Assembly: GCA_051599415.1 (NCBI GenBank)
Contig: AP039693.1
Location: 620,001 to 684,000 of the forward strand
Reading direction: 5' to 3'
DNA from: Savitreella phatthalungensis
Lineage: Eukaryota
DNA length: 64,000 nt
How positions within the stretch are numbered: the stretch's first letter is position 1; each line of letters opens with the position of its first letter. Positions 52,644-62,260 of this stretch are shown here, one piece after another. The position numbers and the translations under genes were made by a program. Below the pieces are notes generated by a model, which saw nothing but the letters and a program-made list of their open reading frames with translations, searched no databases and was not told where the DNA came from.

Positions 52644-54587
52644 TTACCAGACCCCGGCGTCGCGCCCAACAAGATCAGCGACCTGCAAATCCTGCTGCTC
52701 TCGTTCGAGAGCGAGGAAATCCTTGCTACCAGCCGATGTCATAGCACGGCCAAGACCAGCCGCGTATCCTTTTGCGCGATCCTCATGAGACAGCCCTCCG
52801 GAAGCAGCGTCGAGCTTCTCGACAGTCTCGGTCGGCAGGACCGGGATGAAGAGTCGCTCATTGTCGCGCTGCGTCCCACCTATACCGGCACCGTAAGATA
52901 AGATCAGATCTGTCGACGACGGGAGCGAGAAAGTAAGCTGCTGAGTGGCATTCAGGAAAACGCCCTCAGTGACTGGTAAAGGTGTTGCTGATTCCTCCCG
53001 CTCAAGGGCGGCGAGCGATGTTTTTACAGCCCTGGCGATCTTTGGCTCACCGCGCTCAGCGCGATAATGCTCTGCGACGTGTCTTGCTTGGCGAGCGGTA
53101 ATGCCCTCAATGCTGGATACGAGAGGCCTCACCTCATCCTCGCTCAGACTGCTGATGCACTGCAATAATTGCAGCAGCCCTACCAGAGGACGCATCGCCT
53201 TTTGAGCACGTCCTAGCAGATCCATAGTGCTGCCCCAGCTGCGGTTATTTAGACGAAGCCAGTCCTCGACTTGAGACCAATTCATCCTCAGGTCCATCGC
53301 TTTCGAGCGCGACATATATTTGTGGTTACCGACAATCCTGTTGAAGAGCTCTGTCGCTAGCCAGTGCAGAATCTGGGCAAAAACCTGGACGACTAGCAGT
53401 TGATGAATCTCGTACGCCTCCAGCACAAACAAGGTTGATGAGAGCAACGAAGTGACGCTGCGCGGTGATGGTCCATGCCTCCGCCGTGGGGACAAGTGAC
53501 CCTCCTTCGGGACCTTATTTGCCTTGCGAAACAAGCGCCACTCGTCTGACATCTCTATCTGAGAAAGACCGTCAATTGCAGAGTAATCGAGAATACTCTC
53601 ATTGAGGGTCTTTTCGATTCTGCGCTCCGCGTCCCTGACCAAAAGGACGTATGCTTCCGAAACGAGCTCCGCCAACCTGAGCTGAGCTGCGGCGCTCGCT
53701 TCCGCGGTACCCGGATCCTTACGCAAGTAGTACTGTAATACCAGACAGTTCGAGATCCAGAATGAGAGGGTCGTCATATCTTCATGCCTTGCATTGATGC
53801 TGCGCTCTATTGCCATGACAGCCTGGTCCAGCAGAGCTTCAAGCATACTTTGAGAGCCGTAGTAATGCGCAAATCGAGCTGCGAGAAAGAGCAGATTTGC
53901 TGGTACAAGTTTGTGTTGTCGACTCCGTCTAGGGGCATACTCGTCGATTACGAGGCGCATGAGCTCGGGCACAGACTCGTTATCGAACACAAACATCTGC
54001 GATGGTAGACACCGGTCCCAGGTGAAAGGGCTGTCGTCCAACTCGAGGGGTTGCTCGTCCGACGCCTCTAGCGAGAGCGCACCGAGATCGATTTCGAGAT
54101 TCATTCCAGCCTCGGCAGCCATTCGATGCGAGCGTTCTTCCTCACGAAGGTTCTCCTCAAGATCAAGACCAGCATTGTAGAAGTCACCTGACGTGACACC
54201 AATTGACTGAATGCCTAAGGAGTCCTTCAACTCCAGGTCTGTATCATCGACGAAATCTCCAGCTGTCGCACCGGAGGACGTCTGTAGGTCTGCCTGAGCG
54301 CCGTGTTCAAGCAGAAGGCGGACAATTTCAGCATGCCGATTGTTGGTAGCCCACATGAGCGCAGACCAGCCGCGGCTGTCATGGGCATTTACATCTGCAC
54401 CGTGCTGCAGCAGAAGTTGAACGATGTCCTTGAACCCAAAACAGCTGGCAAGAAGTAATCCGGGGCTTCCGCTATCGTCTGGGAGGTTTATGTCAACTCG
54501 CTCGATAAGTTCCCTCACCAGCCCGACGTTACCGGCGAGACATGCGCTCGCAAAATCCCCTTGTACATCATCGTCGTCATCCGCCAT
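52644..54587 (-). CDS. Ankyrin-repeat plus Dilute (DIL) domain protein
   Basis: N-terminal ankyrin repeats (GWSALMWATNNRHAEIVRLLLEHGA); FTWDRCLPSQMFVF; LSFWISN; QILHWLATELFNRI...MDLRMNWSQVEDW. Confidence 0.9.
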   Translation of the reverse strand: MADDDDDVQGDFASACLAGNVGLVRELIERVDINLPDDSGSPGLLLASCFGFKDIVQLLLQHGADVNAHDSRGWSALMWATNNRHAEIVRLLLEHGAQADLQTSSGATAGDFVDDTDLELKDSLGIQSIGVTSGDFYNAGLDLEENLREEERSHRMAAEAGMNLEIDLGALSLEASDEQPLELDDSPFTWDRCLPSQMFVFDNESVPELMRLVIDEYAPRRSRQHKLVPANLLFLAARFAHYYGSQSMLEALLDQAVMAIERSINARHEDMTTLSFWISNCLVLQYYLRKDPGTAEASAAAQLRLAELVSEAYVLLVRDAERRIEKTLNESILDYSAIDGLSQIEMSDEWRLFRKANKVPKEGHLSPRRRHGPSPRSVTSLLSSTLFVLEAYEIHQLLVVQVFAQILHWLATELFNRIVGNHKYMSRSKAMDLRMNWSQVEDWLRLNNRSWGSTMDLLGRAQKAMRPLVGLLQLLQCISSLSEDEVRPLVSSIEGITARQARHVAEHYRAERGEPKIARAVKTSLAALEREESATPLPVTEGVFLNATQQLTFSLPSSTDLILSYGAGIGGTQRDNERLFIPVLPTETVEKLDAASGGLSHEDRAKGYAAGLGRAMTSAGSKDFLALEREQQDLQVADLVGRDAGVW

Positions 54588-54683
54588 GACGTCTGTTCTG
54601 GTTGTCGAGTTTCACCGCGCCTCAGAACAACTATCAATTTTGAAACGGAATTAGCAACAATATACAGGCGACACCCCTCCTTG

Positions 54684-55904
54684 ATGCCGGTCAAGCAGGA
54701 GTCCGTCGAGCCGCTGACGAGCGTGACGACGCGGCGGACGACTTGGCGTGACGACCCAGAGACTGATCTCGACCTCTCAGGAGCCTCCAATAAGCTCTGG
54801 CTTGTCAAATTACCGAAGTTCTTGTATGATCGATGGATCGAAGCGGAGCCCGGAGCCGAAGTGGGCGCCTTGCGCATCAATGAAGCAAATCGTCGGGAGA
54901 TGCGTGTCGTGCTGCCCGATGATATGGTAGAGGGGATCGCAGAGGTACCGGCACCTCCACCACCTCCACCGATCGAGGCGTCCGAAGTGGATGATCAAAA
55001 ACAATCTCCAGAAGAGGACTCGGCCACGGAGGAGGAGGGTTTACCTCCTCCCCCGGCAGTGCGGCCACGCGAGCCGATTCCACAGGAGTACTCTCTGATC
55101 ATGCAGAATCAGATGGTCACAAACACATATGTCTTCAGTGAGCCGCCAGCTGTCGCAAGCAAGGCGCCTGGCGCCGTTGGCGACGATATCCTTCTCCGGC
55201 ATCACGACGCCGAAGATAGCGACGAGGACGCACCGAAGGGCGGAGCCGCTCCGGGCTTTGCTGGTGCGGATTACGGACCGGATGGAAAGCGTCGTGCCGG
55301 CGGTCCTGATCGCACGCGACGCAACCAGGGTGGTCAACGAATGAGAGGCAAGGTTGTGCATGAATGCCTCGTCAAGCCGGTAGATGATGAGCGATACAGG
55401 TCGTTGCTGCGCTTGCGGAACTCGATCGGTGACAAGCCGCGCAGACAAATCAGACAGATCGATGACATGACCGGCAACCTCCTTCAGCCAGGGCAGATTG
55501 CTCCTGCTCAAGGCAGCGTGAACAAATTCATGGCCGGTGTATCTGTGTCTGGCAAGGTCAGACAGAAAGGTCGAGAGATTCACGCGCGCTTGCCAATCGA
55601 TGCACTTATGGATATGATCTTTAAGTGTTTTGAGGAATACGAGTTTTGGTCGCTCAAGGCCTTCAAGCATCAGCTCAAGCAGCCGGAGTCGTATCTGAAG
55701 GAGGTACTTGAGGGCATTGCTGTTCTTCACAAACGTGGTCCAAACACAGGCAAGTGGCAGCTGAAGCAGGAGACAAAGGGCGCTATCAAGGGTCTGATGA
55801 CGTTCAAGCAACAGGAGCGAGTGACTGCAAATGGGCAAGCTGCGCCTGATGACAACATTTCGAGCGGCGAAGATGAGGACGTCGAAATGGAGGATAGGCT
55901 TTAG
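54684..55904 (+). CDS. TFG2: Transcription factor IIF beta subunit (RAP30)
   Basis: LWLVKLPKFLYDRW; C-terminal winged helix ALMDMIFKCFEEYEFWSLK...QPESYLKEVL...KWQLK. Confidence 0.95.
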   Translation: MPVKQESVEPLTSVTTRRTTWRDDPETDLDLSGASNKLWLVKLPKFLYDRWIEAEPGAEVGALRINEANRREMRVVLPDDMVEGIAEVPAPPPPPPIEASEVDDQKQSPEEDSATEEEGLPPPPAVRPREPIPQEYSLIMQNQMVTNTYVFSEPPAVASKAPGAVGDDILLRHHDAEDSDEDAPKGGAAPGFAGADYGPDGKRRAGGPDRTRRNQGGQRMRGKVVHECLVKPVDDERYRSLLRLRNSIGDKPRRQIRQIDDMTGNLLQPGQIAPAQGSVNKFMAGVSVSGKVRQKGREIHARLPIDALMDMIFKCFEEYEFWSLKAFKHQLKQPESYLKEVLEGIAVLHKRGPNTGKWQLKQETKGAIKGLMTFKQQERVTANGQAAPDDNISSGEDEDVEMEDRL

Positions 55905-55945
55905 AACTGTAAAAAAATTCAACTTGCGTCGAAACAGAAAGACAC

Positions 55946-56274
55946 ATGTCGTGGTTGCGGGTCACGCAGCTCCGGAGTGGTAAGAAATACCCCTGCCGAA
56001 GCACATTCATATGTACGTCGATGACTGACTGGTCCTTGCAGCTATTGGCTTACCGCCGAAAAGCCACAAGACGCTGGCGGCACTTGGTCTTCGCCGGCGC
56101 ATGGCAGTTAGATATCACAAGGTAACACCTGAAATTACTGGTATGGTGCTCAAGGTTAAGGAGCTCGTCAAGGTCGAGCGCGTCGACAGACCGCTGAGCG
56201 CTGAGGAGGAGCACCAGCTCAGATCTCCGCCCAAGGGCTGGACAGTGACGGGCAATATGCTTGACAGCCGCTGA
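55946..56274 (+). CDS. MRPL33: Mitochondrial ribosomal protein uL30m, 88 aa; exons 55946-55979 and 56042-56274 (absent from the ORF track)
   Basis: 62-nt intron 55980-56041 (GTAAGA...GACTGAC...TGCAG). Spliced product MSWLRVTQLRSAIGLPPKSHKTLAALGLRRRMAVRYHKVTPEITGMVLKVKELVKVE...PPKGW matches the L30 signature. Confidence 0.93.
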
Positions 56275-56336
56275 TAATTGTGCGAGAGACAATTCAGCAT
56301 GATGGATGGACGACAATTCGCATTCTATTTTAGAGT

Positions 56337-57125
56337 CTATTGACCCAAGCCGAAGGAAACTAGAGCTGTGTACAGAAGGCCGCCAGCCACGACCGGGATC
56401 ACCAGGTTATCATCGAGGCCGAAGACGTCTACAAATTCGGCAAATCCAGCGATGAGACCGCCGAGTAGCGTCAGACCGAACATTGGCAACACGTTGCCTT
56501 TCCAGCAGAGCTGCGCTCCACTGCGAGTCGGCGTGACGAATGAATAGAATATCCATGTCGTGATGCTGCCGGTGATACAAGCTGCCAGAGTACCAATGAG
56601 TGATTTGTTCTTGCGTAGTTGCGGCCCGAGGTACCCATATGCTCGGCCGACTGTGCTAGCCGCGGTATCACACCAGGACAGCAGCAGAACACTCAGGCAC
56701 GCAAGATCTTCAGGTAGGACCAAGAGGACTCCAATGACGCCGAAGAGGTAGAAAAGAACGCCGTTCCAGCTGCGACGCTCTCCTTCCCGCATCAGGACCC
56801 CTAATTTTCGCTCATAAAGTCGAGCAAAACTACGATTGCTGAATCGCAGCACGTCAGCGAACCCTACAATTGTCGCGAATGGTATCAGGGTCATTCCATA
56901 GTCGCGACCGCGCCAATTGGAAAGGCAGTATGCACCCACGACCACGAAGCCGATGGAGGAATGGAGGGTTTTGCGTGGAACCTCATAACGTTGAATCCAG
57001 CTGACAGGTTTCTTAGCCGCATTTCCAACAGCCTTGGCTGCAGACATCAGCGACGAGGCCCGCCGACGTCGAGTGCTGCCGCCGCTGCCGCCGTCCCTCT
57101 CAGTTTGCGTCGACCGCGAGGTCAT
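56337..57125 (-). CDS. DGK1: CTP-dependent diacylglycerol kinase
   Basis: EVPRKTLHSSIGF; LMREGERRSWNGV; LLSWCDTAASTVGR; KSLIG; LDDNLVIPV. Confidence 0.93.
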   Translation of the reverse strand: MTSRSTQTERDGGSGGSTRRRRASSLMSAAKAVGNAAKKPVSWIQRYEVPRKTLHSSIGFVVVGAYCLSNWRGRDYGMTLIPFATIVGFADVLRFSNRSFARLYERKLGVLMREGERRSWNGVLFYLFGVIGVLLVLPEDLACLSVLLLSWCDTAASTVGRAYGYLGPQLRKNKSLIGTLAACITGSITTWIFYSFVTPTRSGAQLCWKGNVLPMFGLTLLGGLIAGFAEFVDVFGLDDNLVIPVVAGGLLYTALVSFGLGQ

Positions 57126-57272
57126 CTCCGCGTGTTTTGCTCACAAGCTCAGATGTGTCTTTTTTTAGCCAAAATGGGGGCCTGCATGTGACGTCGCGCG
57201 AGGACACAGATCCCGGCAAGAGTGCCGGTCCTAGCAGTCGATCAGGATGGCGTGTCACAATCGACAGACCTC

Positions 57273-58562
57273 ATGTTCGCCTTATCACTCCTCCTTATCA
57301 CCATCGAGAGCGCTGGAGCCCTCTTGCATGGCGGTGATGGCTGGCTCGTGTACTCGGGATCCTCAAGGAGAGTTGAAGAGCTGCTTCATCCGGCGCTACC
57401 TGGACTACGCTCCCGACTGCGTTCGATCAATACCGCAAGCGTCAAGAGAGATGCTCCTGACAGCCTGCTACACTCTTTACGATTGACGCGTGGCATTGAC
57501 ACAACTCTTAACCACCAAATCACGCCGACATCAGACGTTCTTCAGAGGCCTGCTCCGTGGGGCCTGGAGCGAATTTTTCAGCGCGGAGTCATACTGGGTC
57601 GACAGGACCAAGAAGATACCATGAATTTCGCTTATCTGTACAGCACGCAGGCTCGCGGACAGAACGTCGATGTATTCCTTCTCGATTCCGGTATTGCCTG
57701 CGGCCATGGAGATTTTGCCGGACGTACAACGTGCCCGATCCGTGCAGACATGATTCGTGGTCGTAGTTCACTGGACGACAATGGGCATGGGACTCAAGTT
57801 GCCAGCGCCATCGGTAGTACGACGCTCGGCACATGCAAGCTCTGCCACCTCTATAGCGTCAAGATCATGGACGCTCGCAACGTCGGCTATGTCGAGACTG
57901 CAATCGCGGGCGTTGAGCTGGCAATGGAGCATATCAGAAATAGTCCGAGGAGAGCTCTCATTGTGATGCCCTTCATCTCGCCATACAATGAGGCTCTACA
58001 GGCGGCGGTCACCTATGCAGGCGCTCACAGGGTCCTCGTCGTCACTGCCTCCGGCGATGCACATCTGGTGAACCGTTGTGAAATGTCGCCGACGCGTCCG
58101 GCTATGGTTGTCTCAGGCTTTGACATGTCAGACATTTTCGATGCTGAGCTAGCTGGAGGCAAGTGCGTCGATATCCTTGCTCCTTCTGTCGCTATCCGTG
58201 TTTGGTCACATCTTCCACCCTACAATGAGGCCCTGATGGTCAGTGGCTCTTCTCTCGCCACAGGATTCGCAGCCGGAGCAATGGCAAGCTGGCTTTCGCA
58301 TCCCGTCGTCGCGAACATGCCTTTCGATGGCTTGCGACTGTGGCCGACGCTAATCTCAGAGCGCCACGTGCTTCGTGGTATGCCTGCTGATGGGCGAACG
58401 GCGAATGCCATTATCCGCGTGCCGAATGGCAGGTTCCTGACAGAATTCGACCAGCGAACGCAGTTCGTCCAGTGGATAGATCGCGTTCCTAGACTACTTG
58501 GACTCATGCGCCGTAGCAGAGCCATCAAACCGTGGATGGAAGAGCCACTAGGCGAGCTCTGA
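57273..58562 (+). CDS. Divergent secreted subtilisin (S8A, proteinase K-like)
   Basis: Signal-like MFALSLLLITIESAGA; APWGLERI; FLLDSG (Asp); NGHGTQVA (His); VDILAP; SGSSLA (Ser). Confidence 0.85.
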   Translation: MFALSLLLITIESAGALLHGGDGWLVYSGSSRRVEELLHPALPGLRSRLRSINTASVKRDAPDSLLHSLRLTRGIDTTLNHQITPTSDVLQRPAPWGLERIFQRGVILGRQDQEDTMNFAYLYSTQARGQNVDVFLLDSGIACGHGDFAGRTTCPIRADMIRGRSSLDDNGHGTQVASAIGSTTLGTCKLCHLYSVKIMDARNVGYVETAIAGVELAMEHIRNSPRRALIVMPFISPYNEALQAAVTYAGAHRVLVVTASGDAHLVNRCEMSPTRPAMVVSGFDMSDIFDAELAGGKCVDILAPSVAIRVWSHLPPYNEALMVSGSSLATGFAAGAMASWLSHPVVANMPFDGLRLWPTLISERHVLRGMPADGRTANAIIRVPNGRFLTEFDQRTQFVQWIDRVPRLLGLMRRSRAIKPWMEEPLGEL

Positions 58563-58660
58563 CCTCAAGGTTGCCAATGCTAGCGCGGCAAAATCGATCA
58601 ATAATTTACCGTCATGCAAATTGACCATGATAATCTTGAAAAGGACGTGCAAAAAATTGC

Positions 58661-58667
58661 AAAAAAA
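58661..58667 (-). terminator. RNA polymerase III terminator (T7) of tRNA-Asp
   Basis: Run of 7 T on the minus strand, 3 nt downstream of the tRNA 3' end. Confidence 0.8.
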
Positions 58668-58670
58668 GTG

Positions 58671-58762
58671 CTCTCCTGCCGGGAGTCGAACCCGGGTCGC
58701 CCGCGAAATTGCTCATCATATCACCTGACAAGCGGGAATCTTGACCGTTGGACCACAGAAGA
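58671..58762 (-). tRNA. tRNA-Asp(GTC): tRNA-Asp(GTC) with a 20-nt intron (58706-58725)
   Basis: Acceptor TCTTCTG/CAGGAGA plus discriminator G; anticodon arm CCCGC-TTGTCA^C-GCGGG; T arm CCGGG-TTCGACT-CCCGG; mature length 72 nt. Confidence 0.95.
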
Positions 58763-58799
58763 TGTCGAACAATTCTAAAAAGATCGGTATCTGATCGTG

Positions 58800-59720
58800 T
58801 CAATCGACTGGCCACGGAAGCGCACCGTCGAAGAGACGCACCCCGTCGGCTGGACACCAAGCAATCAATCCAGCAACCTGGACACCGGCACTGTACAGGT
58901 AAGGATGCCATCTCCTCGCTGGATTCCGCTTGAGCCTCTTGTTTCTTAGCTGCGGATCCCTGCAGCCATAAAGATCTTGCGCAAATGCGTTGACAGCATG
59001 CAGTGCCTCGCCCGCAGCTCGCTGTGCTGTAAGCGCGTCTGACTGATCGGATTCCTGGCCATAGTCGATGCCAATGTACTGGAAATGTCTCTCAGCAAAG
59101 CGGACTGCTTTGCGATGCAACTGAAAGAAGCGCGCCTCCTTGAAAGCGAAGCCGACAACAGTGATCCGGACAGGCCATCGCCCGGTGTACTCGTGGAAGC
59201 GCGCTATCGAGAACATCAGGTTTTCGTACGAATCTCGCGCGAAAGTTTCGGTTGTCGCACTTGATAATTGTCCGTGTCGTGTCTCGGCCACCTGCATGTA
59301 GCCTCCAGCCTCCGTTCGACCCTCCGATTTGTCGCGCGTCTGGCCACCGGAGAAGATTAGCAAAGCTTGAGGGTCCTGAAGCGTGACGTTGACGCCTGCA
59401 TCAATGTGCGCCAGATACGCCCTCGTGTCAATCTCAGTTTGTTCGGCCGTCAGAAGCCAGTTGTTCAAGTTGGAAATTGGGTTTGCGAAGGCGCCGAGGT
59501 AGATGGCATGACAGGGTACCATGACCAGATGCGTCAGAGTGGGTGCGATGGGTTTTGGGAGTTGGTAGATCTCCTCACGAGGCCGATCACGCTGGCCGCG
59601 TCCATGAAAGAAGACAAACAGGCTCGCGACAATGGTGCCAGCTACAAGCAGTCTGAGCGTCCGCGACCGTTTACCGCCCCGCGTTTGTTCCAAGCCGGAA
59701 AGCGAGATTTTTAACGCCAT
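58800..59720 (-). CDS. DUF218/YdcF-like protein (yeast YOR238W-like) with an N-terminal TM segment
   Basis: LVMVPCHAIY; LLIFSGGQT; ETFARDSYENLMFSIARF; ITVVGFAFKEARF; KRLKRNP. Confidence 0.85.
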   Translation of the reverse strand: MALKISLSGLEQTRGGKRSRTLRLLVAGTIVASLFVFFHGRGQRDRPREEIYQLPKPIAPTLTHLVMVPCHAIYLGAFANPISNLNNWLLTAEQTEIDTRAYLAHIDAGVNVTLQDPQALLIFSGGQTRDKSEGRTEAGGYMQVAETRHGQLSSATTETFARDSYENLMFSIARFHEYTGRWPVRITVVGFAFKEARFFQLHRKAVRFAERHFQYIGIDYGQESDQSDALTAQRAAGEALHAVNAFAQDLYGCRDPQLRNKRLKRNPARRWHPYLYSAGVQVAGLIAWCPADGVRLFDGALPWPVD

Positions 59721-59831
59721 GCTGTCATGCTATGTGATCATCTCCAGTACTCTGATAACGCATTCCGCATAGAGGTCTCACACATAGTGCCATAAATTTA
59801 TGTCACGAATTGCACGGCTTTTACGATTTAG

Positions 59832-61058
59832 CTATGCTTTCCTGTCTGTTCGCGCGCTCGGGAGTGACTCCCAATATTGTGCATTATCAAGGGTGTACCA
59901 TTTGATCCAGTCGATGCTCATCGCACGGTCGAGAGACTGCGGCCACGATGAGTACCACTTGTGCTTCCCCGTCCAGAAGTCCCGCATCGCCTGGTAGGGC
60001 TGACCACCGCGCGAATTGCTGTATGGCGCATTCACAATTGTGTTATCCGGGATCCATCCATTCGTGCCGGCCACAGCGACGTTCAGAATGAGATAGAAAC
60101 TTTGATCGAATGGAGCACATTTAAGGCCACTGTTGCGCCATGGATTGTCCAGCACGGCGCCCGAACCATCGACGAGTGGGAGCAGCGCGTTATTGAACGG
60201 ATTGCCATGAAAGTCGAACGAGTTCATCTTGTACAACGGGCTGTCCACGTACATATGAATACTCTGGGGTGTCCACTCGATACCAAATGTGTGATATTTC
60301 TCCGCGAAAGTGGTCCGAGGCCAGCACGACAAGTGTGATCCTCCTTTAAAGGTCGCAAACGTCTCCTGACCCACAGGCGCCCAATGTAGTGAGGTTGTGA
60401 CGCAGTTGCTGCCGACAAAGCTGAAAGGTTGTTCTGGAATATGACCGTGACCCTCGAAGATGTCAATCTCTCCGGACGCGGGCCACTCGCCGTAGACACT
60501 GTCGGTCGGCATCATCCACACCGCCGGCCACAAATACTCGCCTATCGGCATCTTGGCGCGGATCTCAATTTTCCCGAATCGCAGCTCTCGTTTGCCCTTT
60601 GTGATCAAGCGAGCGCTCTGGACTGGGTTGATGATCTGGGCTGTCGAGCTGTTAAAGCGAGTCACGCAATCGCTTTCAGTATAAGGGACTGTGCACCTGC
60701 CTTCTGCCGTCAGATTCACGAACGATCCATCCTGCTGCGGCGGCCAGAGAGTCACCGTCGGGTAAATGTGGAGCTTGCCATCGCGTATGAAGCTGTTGTT
60801 ATCATAATCTGTGGTCCAATCAAAGGTCTGGACACCGTAGCCACCAACGGACACCTCACGGGTGAATGCGTCCAACAAATCTATCTGGTCGAAATCGTCG
60901 TGCCACTTGAGTGTGTACTTGTGCTTCGGTACATCGCAGTATCCAAGGTAGCCCATGAAGATCGTCATGAGCAATCCAATTCCGCACGCAAGCGCCGGAA
61001 GCGCGCGCGCGACACGCTCAGTCCGTGGACGTGGACGATCGAGCCATGGCTTCGACAT
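59832..61058 (-). CDS. GH16 beta-1,3-glucanase / glucan-binding-like protein, membrane-anchored (paralogue of 45012-46349)
   Basis: INPVQSARL; FGKIEIRAKMP; LWPAVWMMP; WPASGEIDIFE; APFDQSFYLILNVAVAGTNGW. Confidence 0.93.
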   Translation of the reverse strand: MSKPWLDRPRPRTERVARALPALACGIGLLMTIFMGYLGYCDVPKHKYTLKWHDDFDQIDLLDAFTREVSVGGYGVQTFDWTTDYDNNSFIRDGKLHIYPTVTLWPPQQDGSFVNLTAEGRCTVPYTESDCVTRFNSSTAQIINPVQSARLITKGKRELRFGKIEIRAKMPIGEYLWPAVWMMPTDSVYGEWPASGEIDIFEGHGHIPEQPFSFVGSNCVTTSLHWAPVGQETFATFKGGSHLSCWPRTTFAEKYHTFGIEWTPQSIHMYVDSPLYKMNSFDFHGNPFNNALLPLVDGSGAVLDNPWRNSGLKCAPFDQSFYLILNVAVAGTNGWIPDNTIVNAPYSNSRGGQPYQAMRDFWTGKHKWYSSWPQSLDRAMSIDWIKWYTLDNAQYWESLPSARTDRKA

Positions 61059-61155
61059 GGATCTCGACACAAGCTTGGCTCAATGCTCGCCATTATATTT
61101 CTCGGTATTCCGGGAACAATGTCAAATGGCTTCGAAGAACCAAATTCGTATCAGC

Positions 61156-62142
61156 TCAACATTCCACGACCTGAAGAACAAGATCCAGCCGATCAAGTAT
61201 GCAATCAGCAATATACCAAAACTGTCGGAGATCGCGCAACCTCTCGATGCCTTGTCGCAGGCGCTCGCGTGCATTCTCTCTCTGTAGAGCTGTGACCGCA
61301 TTGGCGTGAACGACGATGGCCAGTGAGAGTGAACAGCTGCGCTGGAATAAGAACATGTCTGGATCATCAGCGTCCACGATCGAATCTGCCGCCTCCAAGC
61401 AGCGGACGAGCGCCGCCAGGTTGCCCTGACCTTGAATATCATCGCGTAGAAGACCACAGGCAGGTGACTGAATGAGGAAAGGTAGCTGTAGCTGCGCTGC
61501 AGGCGCATCCATAAGAATCGCGATCGTCGCGCGATAGAGCTCGGCTCGTGGAGAGCCGATGACAGCTGGTAGCTCAATGTCCTTCTCACCAAGCAGGTGT
61601 CTCCGTAATGTATCGACCACCTCCACGATCTCTTCGGGCTGATGAAGCTTGAACGGAAGCAAGCAGGTCTGTCGACCGCAGAAGGCGTGAAACATCTTGT
61701 CGTTGATCCAAAGCTCGACCAAAGTCGGAGTGATGTGACCGGAGTAGTCTGCGAGTTCGACTGCGCGCTCGAGAACCTGCATGGCTTCTGTCCGCTGCGC
61801 GCGCGAGAATAAGAGGAGTGCATGCAGAAGGAGATGCGCGACGTCATCTGTCAGAGAATCTTCCGAGGCGACGACTTCCTCATCGGTAGGCAAACGCTTC
61901 GTCAGAGCGAGCATGGTAGCCATCAGCTGCGTCGGTGGCGGCCAGGCTGGCGCAAATGGGAACGCTCGCACGAAGTCATCGTATTGTGCAGGTCGCCTGT
62001 GACGAGCGCCTCCCCGATGGTGCTTGACGAACTCGCACGTGAGGCCACGCGATAGACAGGTTTTGCATGGTGCCGCGCCGGAGCAACGTGCTTTGCGTCG
62101 CCGACACTCCAAGCACGCAGCGCGGACGACATGGGTCTTCAT
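61156..62142 (-). CDS. Zn(II)2Cys6 transcription factor, unusually short (328 aa)
   Basis: ACLECRRRKARCSGAAPCKTCLSRGLTC binuclear cluster at the N-terminus. Confidence 0.9.
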   Translation of the reverse strand: MKTHVVRAACLECRRRKARCSGAAPCKTCLSRGLTCEFVKHHRGGARHRRPAQYDDFVRAFPFAPAWPPPTQLMATMLALTKRLPTDEEVVASEDSLTDDVAHLLLHALLLFSRAQRTEAMQVLERAVELADYSGHITPTLVELWINDKMFHAFCGRQTCLLPFKLHQPEEIVEVVDTLRRHLLGEKDIELPAVIGSPRAELYRATIAILMDAPAAQLQLPFLIQSPACGLLRDDIQGQGNLAALVRCLEAADSIVDADDPDMFLFQRSCSLSLAIVVHANAVTALQRENARERLRQGIERLRDLRQFWYIADCILDRLDLVLQVVEC

Positions 62143-62260
62143 CGCATCAAGAAGAAGACTGAGACTTGAAGCTGGTATTTTGAACGTGCAATACGACTAA
62201 TACCGAACAAGCACTGGGCGAGAGCTGGATGAAAGTCATGTTCTAGGTCTATCTAGTTTT

